A DNA stretch of 64,000 nt, from the NCBI RefSeq assembly GCF_000143415.4, contig NW_003314343.1, forward strand, positions 186,813 to 250,812. The letters are read 5' to 3'. Position 1 is the first letter of the stretch, and each line of letters starts with the position of its first letter. The position numbers were made by a program, and so were the translations under genes. The notes beneath the pieces are model-generated. The model saw only the letters and a program-made list of their open reading frames with translations, did not search any database and was not told where the DNA came from. The stretch comes from Selaginella moellendorffii (Eukaryota; Plantae; Lycopodiophyta). Positions 61,945 to 64,000 of this stretch are shown one piece after another.

Positions 61945-63395
61945 AGCTGCTGGCTGGCGATGGATCGATCCGGCGCTCGCAATGTGCGTAGAGAGAAGGA
62001 AAGTAGCTCCGCAACCAGAAAAGAGAAGAAGATCGAAGAAAGCGTGCCCTATTTATCCATCTAATCAGCAGCAAAGTGAAGTGGAAGCAGTCAATTAGGG
62101 CAGGACGCGTGGAGCGCACACGGCTTGGTTGTTTGACTGGTTGGATTTTAGGTGGGAAAGAAAGAACAGTCTCTATAGCCTTTGTGTGAATCAGTGATAA
62201 TTTTAGTGTAAAGAAATAATTAATTAATGAATTAATTAATATTATAGTTTAGAAAGAACTTTCTCTTGCCAGGCAAATTTTTTTCTTTCATGTGCTCTGA
62301 CACTATTGAATTGTCTGATTGTGTTACCAAAAAGGGGGAGGATCATCACCAGCAACATTGTTGTTATTGACAGCTAACTTTTTTGATTTTTGTGTATCCT
62401 CTCAATGTGTCCATTCCAATCGCAGCATCTACCTATCTGATGTGAGTGATAGCAATGTCTGTGGCGATCTCTGTCTAGAAGCCCACTCAAGCTCGACTTA
62501 TAGAAAAACAGATAGTTGCCATTTGCCAAGCAGCAGCCACAGCAGCGGGATCTTTATCTCCAAGCTGTGAAGCCCACCCAGGCCAAATGAAACATGACAA
62601 CAGTGTTGGAGGAGAAACACTAGCTCGCTCAGTCACACAAGGAACAATAGCAACAGTCCAAGCACCATCAAACAAGGCCAAGGTTTGAAGAGATAGAGGA
62701 GATCGATCGATCCATCCTGGGCAGGCCAGGAAATCTGCAACAAAGAAACAAAAATCACCAATGCCTATATTGATTGACCACTTCCACCACCACCACCACC
62801 ACCAAAATGTACGTGCATGGAACTCGGGGTCTTGCGATCTGGGTAGGGAGAAAAGCTGGCCGACCAATACTTAGGGGGATCTTGTACATAGTTTTTTTTT
62901 GACTTTGCAGAGGTATATTTTTTTCTTTGATTCGTTGTGATGGGGGCCCTCACAGGCTCTCTAGCAAAAGGTGGTGATTTTTTCACGCTTTTCCCATCTA
63001 TATCGATTGCAAACCACAAGAAAATGCCCGAATGTGATGTGCAAACCAAGCAAGGCCAAGGAAATATAGATTTCTCCAAGGAAAGCTTTTTCTATACAGT
63101 CCAACTATCCAAGACCATTTCCAAGGTGGTGGGCGACGAGATAAAACAGGCCATCGACGGTCGGGAACACGAGTGAATTTGGAGCAATCCAATCACGACC
63201 GCTTGCGCGTTATGAGAGAAACACACATGGCTCTATTGGGTTGGATGGGCCAGGGGTGGCCCATATTGTCCTGTCTACGTAATCGTCCGTACATCCTACA
63301 TAGAAACAAGAGATCGCAGCGCGAAACTAAAAAAATTCCAAACATCACTTTCTCTCATCCGTTTGTGATCATCCCAAGATGCGCGGTATATGCGA

Positions 63396-63929
63396 TTAGG
63401 GCCGCGTGGTAGCCACGCGGCGGGCATCTGTCCACGTGTGCAGCTCCGCCCAACCAGACGGCGCCACGGCGGACATCCCGGTAAGAAATTTACCGCTCAG
63501 ATTTGGGCATTCTCCCAATGGCTGTGTAAACTTCTGTCTCGAGTCCATTATTTTTGTTTGCGCTCGTTGTGTGGTGGCGATGGAGGAAGCTCCAGCTATG
63601 GCGATCAGGCGATCGGACAAGGCGGTGCCGCTGCCTCCGCAGTCCGGATCGTCCAGGCGGCGGCGCGCTCCTGGCGGCGCTGCTTGGCCTGCATTCCCGG
63701 GAGAAGGAGGATTAGGGATAGGTTGCGGCAAGCGCAGCCCTGCGCCATCGCCAGCAGCGGCGGCGGCGAGTGGTAATATCGCCGATGGCTCGTCTTGTCG
63801 AAGTCCCTTCTCTTCGTCGTCCCGAGTAGCATCTTTTGGATCGGGAGCTGCCATGGCTGGAGCTGGAATCAGGAGGAACAGCAGCGATTTGGCAGGGGAT
63901 AGGGTTAGCAGTGGATGCGGCGGCATCAA
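63396..63929 (-). CDS. Hypothetical GC-rich ORF; frame and extent uncertain
   Basis: Open frame in GC-rich sequence at the window edge; no motif recognised. Confidence 0.25.
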   Translation of the reverse strand: MMPPHPLLTLSPAKSLLFLLIPAPAMAAPDPKDATRDDEEKGLRQDEPSAILPLAAAAAGDGAGLRLPQPIPNPPSPGNAGQAAPPGARRRLDDPDCGGSGTALSDRLIAIAGASSIATTQRAQTKIMDSRQKFTQPLGECPNLSGKFLTGMSAVAPSGWAELHTWTDARRVATTRP

Positions 63930-64000
63930 ATCTCCAGGAATTGGGAAGAAGAATATCTCTTCCTCTTCTTCCTCTTGCTGCGATTCGTGCCGTCCTTGTT

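Noticed and set aside
62200-63400. miRNA precursor or gene in the intergenic region
   Set aside because: No match to conserved plant miRNAs that I recall, no clear long hairpin, and the short ORFs lack motifs.

Overview
Eukaryotic plant nuclear DNA. The roughly 47-60 nt introns, very high gene density and gene content suggest a lycophyte such as Selaginella (inference). Bases 1-25.4 kb are a nested transposon block and 25.5-64 kb is gene-dense euchromatin. The most unusual feature is a DNA-transposon-like element of at least 12.5 kb (about 1283-13760). It carries two divergently oriented genes. One is a DDD transposase of Sola-like/DUF7869 type with tandem Tnp1/EnSpm-like domains at the N-terminus and an SH3-fold-like C-terminus. 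The other is a multi-exon gene that splices into a ParB/Sulfiredoxin-like domain, a degenerate beta-class DNA amino-methyltransferase-like domain, a low-complexity linker and an FCP1/HAD phosphatase-like domain. About 27 copies of a 22-bp palindrome (ATGGCRTGWGGCCWCAYGCCAT) mark its introns, UTRs and intergenic spacer, and I saw none beyond about 13.8 kb. A probable gypsy 3' LTR interrupts its left side. Further right are an assembly gap flanked by inverted repeats and a bounded Helitron (A|TC...CTAG|T) carrying RPL9, Tpt1/KptA-like and pgiC fragments. Host genes: WSD wax synthase (frameshifted), COX VIIa-like, rbfA, C2-inositol 5-phosphatase-C2, carboxylesterase, DHS, RING protein, BCS1-like AAA ATPase, HYLS1-like, Crinkler-type NTPase-REase, ALMT, LRR-RLK, thaumatin, PCD, RabA, TM-SPRY and a small membrane protein. 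All domain calls are motif recognition by eye; no searches were run.
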